Below the pieces are notes generated by a model. It searched no databases and was not told the DNA's origin. It saw only the letters and a list, made by a program, of their open reading frames with translations. Of a stretch of 23,440 nt of DNA, positions 1-8,029 are shown one piece after another (position 1 is the stretch's first letter; every line of letters begins with the position of its first letter). Source of the DNA: a virus; the UHGV virus genome UHGV-0099579; one strand, given 5' to 3'. Position numbers and translations under genes: made by a program.

Positions 1-350
1 TCCCATTCATCGTATGGCGTTAACGGGGCGATAGTGGTTGTATTTTCAGGGTAATTACCCGGAGCTGTGATTTCTTTTGATTCTCCCGTTTCGGTGTTAT
101 AGACAACTTCACCGCGATGGTCTGGCACATATTCCCATGAGTTTAAATCTGCCGAACGGCAGATTGCATAACCAGCCTTATGTGTTCCAGGAGCATCTAA
201 ACAGGAACATGCCGGGATACCGACACCCACAGCAAGATATTCAGTTGATGTGGAAATATATTCTCGTGTCTCACCATCATAATTGTAAACGGTAATGTCT
301 CCCGCCTTTGTGGTGATGAGTTCGCTATTTAATACAGCTTTATTCATCAT
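1..350 (-). CDS. Tail fibre assembly chaperone (P2 gpG/Tfa-like), 3' end truncated by the window edge
   Basis: Minus-strand frame open from 350 to the window start, translating MMNKAVLNSELITTKAGDITVYNYDGETREY...; ATG overlaps the stop of the upstream tail fibre gene (ATGA); position immediately after the H-like gene. Confidence 0.7.
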   Translation of the reverse strand, partial: MMNKAVLNSELITTKAGDITVYNYDGETREYISTSTEYLAVGVGIPACSCLDAPGTHKAGYAICRSADLNSWEYVPDHRGEVVYNTETGESKEITAPGNYPENTTTIAPLTPYDEW

Positions 351-1450
351 GCGGCCCTCACAATATAATTAAAGGCGATGTTACGTGGACGATTTTCATT
401 TGCTGTTGGAACAACATTTGCCGCCGAGAAGTGAACATCTTGTCGGATTTTTCGGTCATTAGCGTATGTCATAGATACGTTGATGTTATTCCGGACTGAG
501 GTACCTCCGTAAAAAGCACCACTCACACTTTGAACATCAACAATTGCATTTATTTCGCTGTTTACGCGCAACTGACCAAAACCGCCAGTAATGTTTCGAA
601 TAGCATCTTCTTGCGATGAAAGCAGAGTTCGCCCACTATCCACACCACGTTCATCATCCCAGCCACGAATAAACTCACCACGTAAATCAGGCAATTTATT
701 GGTCGGGTAAGCCTTTGCCAGTTCCGGGTATTCTTCAGCAGAAAAAGCCGCACCATTGCATTTCAGCCAGCCTGTTGGCGGAGTGGCTGAAGGCCACGGA
801 ACAGGCACACCAACGGGTAATGCCGAACCTTCTCCCAAACCAAGGTTTTTAAGAACGTCGCCGGCCAGTCCCGCGTCAACCATTTCTTTCAGAGCATTAG
901 CGATTAACGGGTACTGCTTGTGTGGATTGGCGGCCTCAACATGTTTTTTCATCAGGTCATCAGCATATCCTTTCACCTCGATAATCTTGTCGTCGACATA
1001 CTGGCGCGTTGCCAGCACGACTGCCGGGTCGATTTTCAGGGTGATTGCCGATGTGCTCGACACAATCAGAATCATGCGAATGGTCTGCGTGCGACCGCTT
1101 CCCTCCTGCAGTTGTGGCTTGTAGGTCTCCGGACAGTTCGCCACGGCAATCAGAATACCATCATCGTCATAGAGACCAATCTCGCGGATCCAGAAACCAC
1201 CTTCATTCTCGGGAATAATCTGTTCCGCGATAATCTGACTGGTATTGGCCGGGTCAACGGTCAGCAGGTTCAGCGGCGCGATGCGTTTCTGGTTAATGAG
1301 CTTCGTCTGCGCCGGGTCAGGGGTCGGCAACGTACCATTCGCATCACCGACGGCCATCTGCGTCAGGTTGAGTTTGGTACCGAGTGCCGCCGCGTTCGCC
1401 AGCCGCGCCGCGCCCTGATTGGTCAGAATGGCAAAATATTTTGCGGTCAT
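347..1450 (-). CDS. Tail fibre protein (P2 gpH-like N-terminus, collar-like C-terminal region), 367 aa
   Basis: N-terminus MTAKYFAILTNQGAARLANA... is typical of P2 H; C-terminal part with PVPWP...GWLKCNG...LPDLRGEFIRGWDD resembles phage tail collar domains; start overlaps the stop of the gpI-like gene. Confidence 0.85.
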   Translation of the reverse strand: MTAKYFAILTNQGAARLANAAALGTKLNLTQMAVGDANGTLPTPDPAQTKLINQKRIAPLNLLTVDPANTSQIIAEQIIPENEGGFWIREIGLYDDDGILIAVANCPETYKPQLQEGSGRTQTIRMILIVSSTSAITLKIDPAVVLATRQYVDDKIIEVKGYADDLMKKHVEAANPHKQYPLIANALKEMVDAGLAGDVLKNLGLGEGSALPVGVPVPWPSATPPTGWLKCNGAAFSAEEYPELAKAYPTNKLPDLRGEFIRGWDDERGVDSGRTLLSSQEDAIRNITGGFGQLRVNSEINAIVDVQSVSGAFYGGTSVRNNINVSMTYANDRKIRQDVHFSAANVVPTANENRPRNIAFNYIVRAA

Positions 1451-2055
1451 GCGTTCACTCTCAGATTATCAATCAAATGGATGGCCGAGGCCGGGTAATA
1501 TTCACCGCCGACGACAATCTCCTCGGGGGTGTAGGGGTAAACAGTCAGCGCGTCGCCGTGATAGCATCCCGCGCCGACATACAGTTCGCCGGTCGAGCTC
1601 AGACTGATAGCCAGCCCGGTCAGGTGGCGACTTGCCGGTTTGGCGTCTTCAATCAGGCGCTCAAGCTCCTGATACATTTCGTCAGTGATGCCGCTGTCGA
1701 GGACGCCAACAACGAGGCGGAATGTGCCTGGCTCCTCGTCGAGTTGCCACCACTCGCGCACCTCAATCAGAAAGCCGAGCGGCTCGACGACCCGACGCAA
1801 TGCGCTGATGGTGCCTTTGTGCTGATGGACGAAAAACGAGGCCGCGCAGACGCTGCGCTTTGTCGCCTCCGGCCATTTCTCATCCCACCTGTCGACCGAC
1901 AGCGCCCACGCCAGATACGGCAGCAGCTTTACCGGGCAGGTGCGCCAGTTCCACAGGGTGCGCAGCGGTACCGGCACGCGCTGAATCTCAGAGAACGCAG
2001 CGGCGGCGGCGACCTCCAGCGGCGACGAGCCAACGGGTAATAGCCGGTCATTCAT
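1447..2055 (-). CDS. Baseplate/tail protein (P2 gpI-like), 202 aa
   Basis: ORF translation and position between the J-like and H-like genes; overlapping start/stop with neighbours. Confidence 0.85.
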   Translation of the reverse strand: MNDRLLPVGSSPLEVAAAAAFSEIQRVPVPLRTLWNWRTCPVKLLPYLAWALSVDRWDEKWPEATKRSVCAASFFVHQHKGTISALRRVVEPLGFLIEVREWWQLDEEPGTFRLVVGVLDSGITDEMYQELERLIEDAKPASRHLTGLAISLSSTGELYVGAGCYHGDALTVYPYTPEEIVVGGEYYPASAIHLIDNLRVNA

Positions 2056-2956
2056 CCGAGCCCCCGATAGTTATCTGGTACTCGGTACAGTTCGACGCCT
2101 GCGACTTACTCAGCACTATGTCGGCCTGCGGTGATGTCAGCTCGACACGCTGCACCCCCTCAACATGCAGCGCCGCATAAATGGCTGACAGACGGATATC
2201 ACGCCCGAGGCGGTGCTGCGCGCTGATGTAGCTCTGCAGCTTCTGCTCTGACGCCTGCCTGATGGGTTCAGATTCGGGGCCGGGGTAAACATAGATCGTC
2301 GCGTCAATCTGGTACGGCACAATCTCGGCTGACTGGACGGTCACCCGGTCAGCTACCGGGCGCACATCTTCGGCGTTCAGCGCTTTATCAACAATCGCCA
2401 GTAGCTCAGGGCTGGCAGTGCCGTCCCCCTCACGCGATAGCACGGTAATCGTCACGCAGGCTGGCGACGGGCTGGCGACCGAAACGTCAGCGACCCGCCC
2501 GTCGGCGCTGCGGCCGTGATACTCATATGCACCGACCGGACCCGCCACGCTCAATCCCTCAAACGCCTGTTGCGTGCGCAGTCGCAGGTCGGTATCAGAT
2601 TCCATAACGGCAGGTGTCGGCGGGATGGTGGTATCATCCGCCGGGGTGATGGTCAGGCGTTCGGTATTATTGTTCCCGGCTACGACGTCGAGGTCGTTAC
2701 CGGCGGAGTAGGCCAGCGTCACCGCCTGCGCGGCTTCGTTCACCCGCTGACGCCAGATAACTTCACGGTAGGCGTTTTCCTGCAGCAGCTTAACAACCGG
2801 CTCTGACTCAAGTGTGAGCGTCCGGGCAATGGCCTCCTGCTGGTCTTCTGGATAGAGCGATATCAGCGTCGCTTTGCGTTCCGCAAGGATGGTTTCATAG
2901 TCCAGTTCCTCAACCACATCGGGAACGGGTAACTGACTCAGGTCAACGGTTGCCAT
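2048..2956 (-). CDS. Baseplate assembly protein (P2 gpJ-like), 302 aa
   Basis: ORF translation MATVDLSQLPVPDVVEELDYETILAERKA... and conserved position after the W-like gene. Confidence 0.9.
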   Translation of the reverse strand: MATVDLSQLPVPDVVEELDYETILAERKATLISLYPEDQQEAIARTLTLESEPVVKLLQENAYREVIWRQRVNEAAQAVTLAYSAGNDLDVVAGNNNTERLTITPADDTTIPPTPAVMESDTDLRLRTQQAFEGLSVAGPVGAYEYHGRSADGRVADVSVASPSPACVTITVLSREGDGTASPELLAIVDKALNAEDVRPVADRVTVQSAEIVPYQIDATIYVYPGPESEPIRQASEQKLQSYISAQHRLGRDIRLSAIYAALHVEGVQRVELTSPQADIVLSKSQASNCTEYQITIGGSDE

Positions 2957-2962
2957 AGTTAT

Positions 2963-3310
2963 TTAACTCAGTGAAACAGTGGTTGAAACTGACGCACCGG
3001 TATCGGTACGCATCCCGGTAATATCGACATACATCTCGCCAGCGTCGCCGGCCTCAAAGCTGATGGATGTAAGCCTGATGCGCGGTTCCCACTTCTGGAT
3101 AGCCGAATAGCACGCCACCATAATTTGCAGCCTGAGCGCCGGGTTTTGCGGCATATCAATCAGCGCCGACAGAAGCGAGCCATATTCACGACGCATCACC
3201 CGCGAGCCGACCGGCGTCAGCAGAATATCGCGCATGCTCTGGCTGATATGCTCGGTATCGCTGATGCCAAGGCCGGTATTTCGGTTCATCCCCTGATAGC
3301 GCGCCGTCAT
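2963..3310 (-). CDS. Baseplate wedge protein (P2 gpW-like, GPW/gp25 family), 115 aa
   Basis: ORF translation MTARYQGMNRNTGLGISDTEHISQSMRDILLTPVGSRVMRREYGSL... closely resembles P2 gpW; ATG overlaps the V stop. Confidence 0.9.
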   Translation of the reverse strand: MTARYQGMNRNTGLGISDTEHISQSMRDILLTPVGSRVMRREYGSLLSALIDMPQNPALRLQIMVACYSAIQKWEPRIRLTSISFEAGDAGEMYVDITGMRTDTGASVSTTVSLS

Positions 3311-3942
3311 AACGGTGCCCCCGTTTGCCCGCCGCTGTCGCCCGGGTGTTTATGGGTGTGGAGTACCTTGCCATTAGACGACAGTGACCCGCCGGTATGT
3401 TCGATATTGCCGCTCATCTTGCCGCCTTTCTGCACCTCAAGCGTCGCCGTCGTTAGCTTATTGGTGCAAATCACCTCCGGGGTGTCGAGGGTGATACTGG
3501 TCGAGGCTTTCACCAGTACCAGCGGTACGGTTGCGGTGATGGACTCCGATGCCGTCACGTCGGCCGTTTTTATGCCGCTGACCGTCAGCGCGCCGGTTTC
3601 GGGCTCGTACTCAATGACCGCACCATCAGGGAAAGCCACATGCCACGCATCCGCCGAGGCAGACGGGGCGGGGTTATCGTCGGAGAAAATACCCGGCAGC
3701 ACGAAAGCGGTATCAAGCTCGCCACCGATTGCCAGCAGCAGAACCTGCTCACCGACCGAGGGAGCCCACCACGTCCGCGAACGACCGGCGCGGGTGGTCA
3801 GCCAGTTCAGCCATGTAGTCTGGATCCCGCCGCTTTGTACGCGGCACAGCCCCTGCACAGTATCGACCTCAGTCACCACGCCTGAGCGGATGAGGTTGCG
3901 AATGGCACGTGCTAACTCTTGAATGGTGTTTAATGTGTTCAT
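3307..3942 (-). CDS. Baseplate spike/assembly protein (P2 gpV-like), 211 aa
   Basis: Translation from the first ATG (3942) gives MNTLNTIQELARAIRNLIRSG...HTHKHPGDSGGQTGAPL, typical of gpV; the ORF-track start at 3948 is a TTG two codons upstream. Confidence 0.9.
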   Translation of the reverse strand: MNTLNTIQELARAIRNLIRSGVVTEVDTVQGLCRVQSGGIQTTWLNWLTTRAGRSRTWWAPSVGEQVLLLAIGGELDTAFVLPGIFSDDNPAPSASADAWHVAFPDGAVIEYEPETGALTVSGIKTADVTASESITATVPLVLVKASTSITLDTPEVICTNKLTTATLEVQKGGKMSGNIEHTGGSLSSNGKVLHTHKHPGDSGGQTGAPL

Positions 3943-3988
3943 GAACAAAGAATGCCGATTGTTAAAGCCAAGAGCAAAACGATTCAGC

Positions 3989-4006
3989 TGTATGCTCTTC
4001 TACACA
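3989..4006 (-). promoter_or_regulatory. Candidate late-activator (Ogr/B-type) box TGT-N12-ACA upstream of the V-W-J-I-H-G tail operon
   Basis: Sequence tgtatgctcttctacaca has TGT and ACA separated by 12 nt, about 50 bp upstream of the V start codon; P2-family late promoters carry such a dyad. Spacing to the start codon is short, so this is tentative. Confidence 0.35.
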
Positions 4007-4079
4007 ATTCGGTGTGCATTCATGTATCATTTGAGTGTTGACTCATTCGAAAATCACACAAAACATATGGCAGGTAGTA

Positions 4080-4916
4080 ATGAAAAGAACTTCATCTTTT
4101 AGGCGTACAATAAGCAATATGAAATATATTATAGGTATCTTTTTTTTATACTCCGGGCTTATAGTAGGGTTGTCTGTTTATAATGATAACTACAACTCAA
4201 AATTCATGGAGAATTTTCTTGTTAATGCAAATTCTTCAATTTTAGACTTTCTTGTTTTGGGTGTGATTCTTTACTATTTTGAAAATAAAAGGCAAAATAA
4301 AGATGCTATTCACGAACTAATTGAAGATCTTGAAAATCTGGCAAAGCATTCTTCTGCAGAACTGAATATTATGAAGATAAAAATCATACGTCAGTTAAAT
4401 GCTAAAGGAATATATAACATTCAAGTTCCAAGGATTGAACTTGATAAAATGTCCACTATCAAATATTTACATTTTAAAGACGCTGACTTAAACGGCTTGA
4501 ATATGAGCGAATCATACATTAGAGATTGTTCTTTCGATAATTGCACAATTCAAGCTCTAAATATTACAGGCAATAGAGTTAAGAGTGTTAAATTCAAAAA
4601 CTGCAAGCTAAGAAATATTAAGGCATTTAATACATGTTTTCAAAATGTCACTTTCGAAAACTGCAGTTTTGAAGGGGGGTATTTTACAGATAGCGAAATG
4701 AAAAGCTGCATATTAAAAGGATGTGATTTTAAATCCGTTACTTATGAAGGGGCTAACATGCGGAATGCAAATCTATTAAATTCAATTAACATTAGCGTTA
4801 AAGAACTTGTTAAAGCAAAAAACATAGATTATTTAATTTGTGATGAGCAAATTAAAAATGAAATAAGAAAGGAAAACCCAGCAATAAAAATATCGAGAGG
4901 AATAATACGAGGTTAG
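4080..4916 (+). CDS. Membrane-anchored pentapeptide-repeat protein, 278 aa; compositionally foreign cargo gene (moron)
   Basis: AT-rich ORF on the opposite strand to the flanking late genes; start ATG at 4080 preceded by AGGTAG (the ORF-track start at 4035 is GTG); basic N-terminus MKRTSSFRR then two hydrophobic segments (IIGIFFLYSGLIVGLSVY, ILDFLVLGVILYYF); C-terminal half shows 5-residue periodicity (RDCSF DNCTI QALNI ... KNCKL ... FNTCF QNVTF ENCSF ... KGCDF) typical of pentapeptide-repeat beta-helices. Confidence 0.75.
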   Translation: MKRTSSFRRTISNMKYIIGIFFLYSGLIVGLSVYNDNYNSKFMENFLVNANSSILDFLVLGVILYYFENKRQNKDAIHELIEDLENLAKHSSAELNIMKIKIIRQLNAKGIYNIQVPRIELDKMSTIKYLHFKDADLNGLNMSESYIRDCSFDNCTIQALNITGNRVKSVKFKNCKLRNIKAFNTCFQNVTFENCSFEGGYFTDSEMKSCILKGCDFKSVTYEGANMRNANLLNSINISVKELVKAKNIDYLICDEQIKNEIRKENPAIKISRGIIRG

Positions 4917-4970
4917 GGAATCGAACCCAACTCAGTGGGCACGCCCACCTAGACACCAGTCCACCTCTAT

Positions 4971-4997
4971 CGCTGAGTTATATAATAATTCTCAGCG
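4971..4997. terminator. Inverted repeat (7-bp stem, 13-nt AT-rich loop) between the convergent pentapeptide-repeat gene and gene S; possible weak bidirectional terminator
   Basis: cgctgag-ttatataataatt-ctcagcg; no clear U-run, so terminator function is uncertain. Confidence 0.3.
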
Positions 4998-5006
4998 AAT
5001 CCAAAG

Positions 5007-5462
5007 TCAATGGCGTTGACATAAAGCATCCATAATTAAACTCTCAACTTTTTGTAAGTCTGATGAAGAGTATCCGAGCAACGGTCGCGCCTCGTACTGC
5101 ACATCCCGGCTGTTGCGGTTTGGCCGGTCTTTTAGGCCGTACTGATGCACCCGCGCCATGCGCTGCACCTTGCCGGTAAACTCCACCACCGCCGCACTGT
5201 CGCTGCCTTTGGCTTTCATAAAGCGACTGGTGCGCAGTTTGGCGAACATTTCACGTTTAATCCGACCTTTCTTGCTCCTCACCGGCTGGCGCTTTCGTGC
5301 CGCATACGGGGTGCCGTCTGGTGTCTGCTGGCGCTTGATACGCTGTTGCTGACTGGTACGCAGCTTTTTCGCAATCTCAGCCGCCATTTGCCGACGCGCC
5401 GCCGGTGACAGGCTGGCAATCAGACCGGCAAGGCGTTCCTGCAGTGCGGTTAACTCACTCAT
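5007..5462 (-). CDS. Tail completion / virion morphogenesis protein (P2 gpS-like), 151 aa
   Basis: ORF translation MSELTALQERLAGLIASLSPAARRQMAAEIAKKLR...; overlaps the 3' end of the R-like gene. Confidence 0.9.
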   Translation of the reverse strand: MSELTALQERLAGLIASLSPAARRQMAAEIAKKLRTSQQQRIKRQQTPDGTPYAARKRQPVRSKKGRIKREMFAKLRTSRFMKAKGSDSAAVVEFTGKVQRMARVHQYGLKDRPNRNSRDVQYEARPLLGYSSSDLQKVESLIMDALCQRH

Positions 5463-5931
5463 CCCACTTACTCACCAGTTCGCCGTTAACGTACAGCTCG
5501 ACCGGGCGCGTCACCGGCTCAGGCAGCGGCGGCTCAGGGGCATAGCTGACATGCAGCGCGCCGTCGACCTCTTTGACGAGCGTGCGCTCGGTGAGCCTCA
5601 GGCTGATACTGATATCGAGCGAATCGTCGTTATTGATATCAATAATCCAGGTGAATCCTTTTTCCCGCCCGTCGTCGGTGGTCATAATGTCCGGCTGATA
5701 TTCACGCAGCCACGCCTGCACCGGCACGAATATCAAATCAAGGTCACCGGTGAAGTCGGTCACCACCACGTTAAGCACGTACACCTTTTCAAACGACAGC
5801 GAGCTCGCCAGTCTGGAATCGGTATGGCCGTTGTCGGCAAAAAGGCGCAGCATATCGGGGTTGTTTCGGAGCTGCGGCACGGCGTTAATCAGCGCTTTGC
5901 GCAGGCTTTTGTGCTTCTGCATCGAGTTCAT
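5455..5931 (-). CDS. Tail completion protein (P2 gpR-like), 158 aa
   Basis: ORF translation and position between the lysis genes and S. Confidence 0.9.
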   Translation of the reverse strand: MNSMQKHKSLRKALINAVPQLRNNPDMLRLFADNGHTDSRLASSLSFEKVYVLNVVVTDFTGDLDLIFVPVQAWLREYQPDIMTTDDGREKGFTWIIDINNDDSLDISISLRLTERTLVKEVDGALHVSYAPEPPLPEPVTRPVELYVNGELVSKWDE

Positions 5932-6175
5932 CCTGACAGTGTTTGACGGTTTTGACCTGTAGCGCGCAGGCGATCAGCGCGCCCTCAAGGCGGCGGATAT
6001 CTGCGCTCAGGTCACCATTGGTTTTCGGGTCACTTCCCGGCATCGGGCAAAGGCTCACTCTCGGGCATCCGTTGACCACAATCACCGGCGCTGGCGCAGG
6101 CGGTGCGGATGTGCAACCGACGCACAACATCAGGTAAAGCAGCGTTATACCAGCGGCGAAAGGCTTCATTTTCAT
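5885..6175 (-). CDS. Outer-membrane spanin (LysC/Rz1-like lipoprotein), overlapping the end of lysB and the start of R
   Basis: Short ORF in an alternative frame; hydrophobic N-terminus with Cys residues (MKMKPFAAGITLLYLMLCVGCTSAPPAPAP) followed by a proline-rich segment, typical of o-spanins; exact start (6175 or 6169) uncertain. Confidence 0.6.
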   Translation of the reverse strand: MKMKPFAAGITLLYLMLCVGCTSAPPAPAPVIVVNGCPRVSLCPMPGSDPKTNGDLSADIRRLEGALIACALQVKTVKHCQDELDAEAQKPAQSAD

Positions 6176-6443
6176 TAAGTAACCTCGTTATTGATTGCTC
6201 GCGGCGGCTGGTTTCCTCGCTGGCCTTTGCGAGCTGTTCACGCAGTGCCACTTGCGCAGATTCATTACGTCTGGCAAGCTGACCGGCAACAGTGAGCTGA
6301 TTTTTCAGCATGCCAATCGTCGTCTTTTGTTCGCTCGCGACGCGGTTTGCTGTCTCAAAGGAGCGGGATAAATTGCCGTTCTCATGGCGCAACCACAACA
6401 TCCCGAGCACAGTCAGCACCAGAAGTGTAATCAGGATTTTCAT
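6030..6443 (-). CDS. Inner-membrane spanin (LysB/Rz-like), 137 aa
   Basis: Start at the internal ATG overlapping the endolysin stop (ATGA); N-terminal TM segment MKILITLLVLTVLGMLWL then a charged, coiled-coil-like region; position after the endolysin. Confidence 0.7.
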   Translation of the reverse strand: MKILITLLVLTVLGMLWLRHENGNLSRSFETANRVASEQKTTIGMLKNQLTVAGQLARRNESAQVALREQLAKASEETSRREQSITRLLNENEAFRRWYNAALPDVVRRLHIRTACASAGDCGQRMPESEPLPDAGK

Positions 6444-6937
6444 TCCATTACCCCGCCAGCGGTGCGCCATACGGTGACCAGTTTGTCGAGGCTGTGCTCA
6501 CGTTGGCCGTAACCGGCACCCGGTAACGACGCCCAGATATTGCGGCACCGTGAAATTGCCCGCTCAATACGCCCCGCCTTAATATCCTCAATGGCACCGC
6601 GTTCGCGGATTAACTGAATCGCAAGTTTGTCCTGCGACAACGGGCTGAAATCAGGCAATGCGAGTTGTTTCTGATAGTGCGGCCAGTAGAGATAAAGCTG
6701 CTGGTAACGCCCTGATGCCGTGGATTTTTCGCCGCGTCGATTAAACACTTTCGCTGGTCTGCCATGTGCGAAAGGGTGGTCGGTGTAGTCGGTGAAAATT
6801 TCCGGCTTGCCATCAAGGCCAGTGACAATGACGTCGTAACCACGATTTTTCGTCAGCGGATGCGTCGCCGTCCCTTCGGAATAGGCCAGCATGTCCAGAA
6901 ATGCGGCGATATTCTGGTGAGTATTAATGACCGGCAT
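6440..6937 (-). CDS. Endolysin (P2 gpK-like lysozyme), 165 aa
   Basis: Translation from the internal ATG at 6937 (GGGGGA RBS upstream) gives MPVINTHQNIAAFLDMLAYSEGTATHPLTKNRGYDVIVTGLDGKPEIFTDY..., typical of P2 K; the longer ORF-track version (to 7168) is an upstream extension overlapping the holin. Confidence 0.9.
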   Translation of the reverse strand: MPVINTHQNIAAFLDMLAYSEGTATHPLTKNRGYDVIVTGLDGKPEIFTDYTDHPFAHGRPAKVFNRRGEKSTASGRYQQLYLYWPHYQKQLALPDFSPLSQDKLAIQLIRERGAIEDIKAGRIERAISRCRNIWASLPGAGYGQREHSLDKLVTVWRTAGGVME

Positions 6938-7220
6938 CGCTATCCCCCTGTTGTGACTTAAAGCGGCGCTGAATGGCGATTTCCACCACCTGATAACCTG
7001 CAATGCCGAGCATGGATCCAATCCCACAAACGGCAGGCAGTGACATATCTGGAAACTGCACCAGAACAACACCGGCGACCATTGAAACAAAACCGCCGAG
7101 CAGCATGCGGCCGATAAACAGGCGCGGGGTAATGGGCTCACCACCCGCCAGCACTTTTCCGACAACAATCATCACGCCAATCACAAACAGTGACAGGACG
7201 CCTTTTTCCCCTTCTGTCAT
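6924..7220 (-). CDS. Holin (P2 gpY-like), 98 aa
   Basis: Small protein with hydrophobic segments (VLSLFVIGVMIVVGKVLAGG, LLGGFVSMVAGVVLV, AVCGIGSMLGIAGY) and a charged C-terminus, immediately upstream of the endolysin. Confidence 0.8.
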   Translation of the reverse strand: MTEGEKGVLSLFVIGVMIVVGKVLAGGEPITPRLFIGRMLLGGFVSMVAGVVLVQFPDMSLPAVCGIGSMLGIAGYQVVEIAIQRRFKSQQGDSDAGH

Positions 7221-7223
7221 GGT

Positions 7224-7427
7224 TTACTCCCAAAGGTTGATAGTTTCTGTTACGGGTGACGATGCCACGTCGGGCAGGTCAATCGCCGTGCCATGCGGCA
7301 GAATGACGCCCAGCTCAGACAGACCGGGATTAGCCTGCAGCACCGTCTCGACCACGCCCTCAGTGCGCCCGTAATACCGGGCGCAAAGCGCGTCGAGGGT
7401 GTCGCCCTGCATCGCGTAGACTTTCAT
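7224..7427 (-). CDS. Tail protein X (P2 gpX-like, LysM-like), 67 aa
   Basis: Translation from the internal ATG at 7427 gives MKVYAMQGDTLDALCARYYGRTEGVVETVLQANPGLSELG...ETINLWE, typical of P2 X; this ATG overlaps the stop of L (ATGA). Confidence 0.85.
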   Translation of the reverse strand: MKVYAMQGDTLDALCARYYGRTEGVVETVLQANPGLSELGVILPHGTAIDLPDVASSPVTETINLWE

Positions 7428-7936
7428 CAGAGCTGACCCACGATGCAGCGCGGCTTGTCCTGCAGACGCGAGACCGACCAGCGCATATCCCGCCACAGGT
7501 CATCAATGGTGGTTTCGACGCTGTCGGCTTTTTTGTCACCCTTGCCCGTGGCCTCAACCCCGCGATAACGCTCATACAGGGTGGCGGTCGCCATCGCCGT
7601 CACGGCGCTGAGGTAGTGGAAAACGCGCACATTCTCGCCGTCGATTTCCTCGGCGTCAGGCACGTCGGCCAGTGTCTTAAACCCTGCTGCAATCTGGCGC
7701 AGCCGGTAGTCGTAAAGCTCCGCATTGGTTTCCGCCATGCCGGTCTTGATGGCGTTGCGCAGGCGCGCATCGGAAACCGTCTGCTCAAGGCGCATCAGTT
7801 CGCGCACCCGCTTCGGATCCACATCAGGGAAAAAGAACGTGTTTTTAATCACTGCGTCGCCCGTCTCCGGTGCGGGAATCACCACGCCCGGTACGTCCTG
7901 CGGTTCGTCGGGCTGATTCAGTATTACTGTCGTCAT
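7427..7936 (-). CDS. Head completion/stabilisation protein (P2 gpL-like), 169 aa
   Basis: ORF translation and conserved position between M and X. Confidence 0.9.
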   Translation of the reverse strand: MTTVILNQPDEPQDVPGVVIPAPETGDAVIKNTFFFPDVDPKRVRELMRLEQTVSDARLRNAIKTGMAETNAELYDYRLRQIAAGFKTLADVPDAEEIDGENVRVFHYLSAVTAMATATLYERYRGVEATGKGDKKADSVETTIDDLWRDMRWSVSRLQDKPRCIVGQL

Positions 7937-8029
7937 GACAACCTCATTAGGTTGGGCGGTGGACGCCGGTTGCCGTCAGGGTCAAAACCCGCTTTGACCG
8001 GCGTGCCGCCCGGCTCGGGGAGCGTTCAG

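Noticed and set aside
756-2180. Plus-strand ORFs (756..1124, 920..1498, 1384..2040, 1419..1607, 1860..2180) antisense to the tail fibre and baseplate genes
   Set aside because: They lie opposite well-supported P2-like genes in GC-rich sequence where long antisense ORFs arise by chance; translations are Arg/Ala/Pro-rich with no motifs or RBS.
3125-3922. 265-aa plus-strand ORF and other ORFs antisense to V and W
   Set aside because: Antisense to the conserved gpV/gpW coding sequence; low-complexity translation; no independent support.
4914-4990. A complete tRNA gene on the minus strand
   Set aside because: Only a T-arm-like motif is present; no matching acceptor stem, D-arm or anticodon arm could be built by hand, so at most a tRNA 3' fragment.
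6440-7168. Long 242-aa version of the endolysin ORF, and the 281-aa version of the terminase small subunit ORF (8030..8875)
   Set aside because: The N-terminal extensions overlap the upstream genes and lack an RBS; internal ATGs with good RBS give proteins that begin like P2 K and M.
7937-8029. GC-rich imperfect palindromes between M and L as a distinct regulatory element
   Set aside because: Several overlapping partial inverted repeats but no single clear hairpin with a flanking U-run; insufficient to call a terminator or site.
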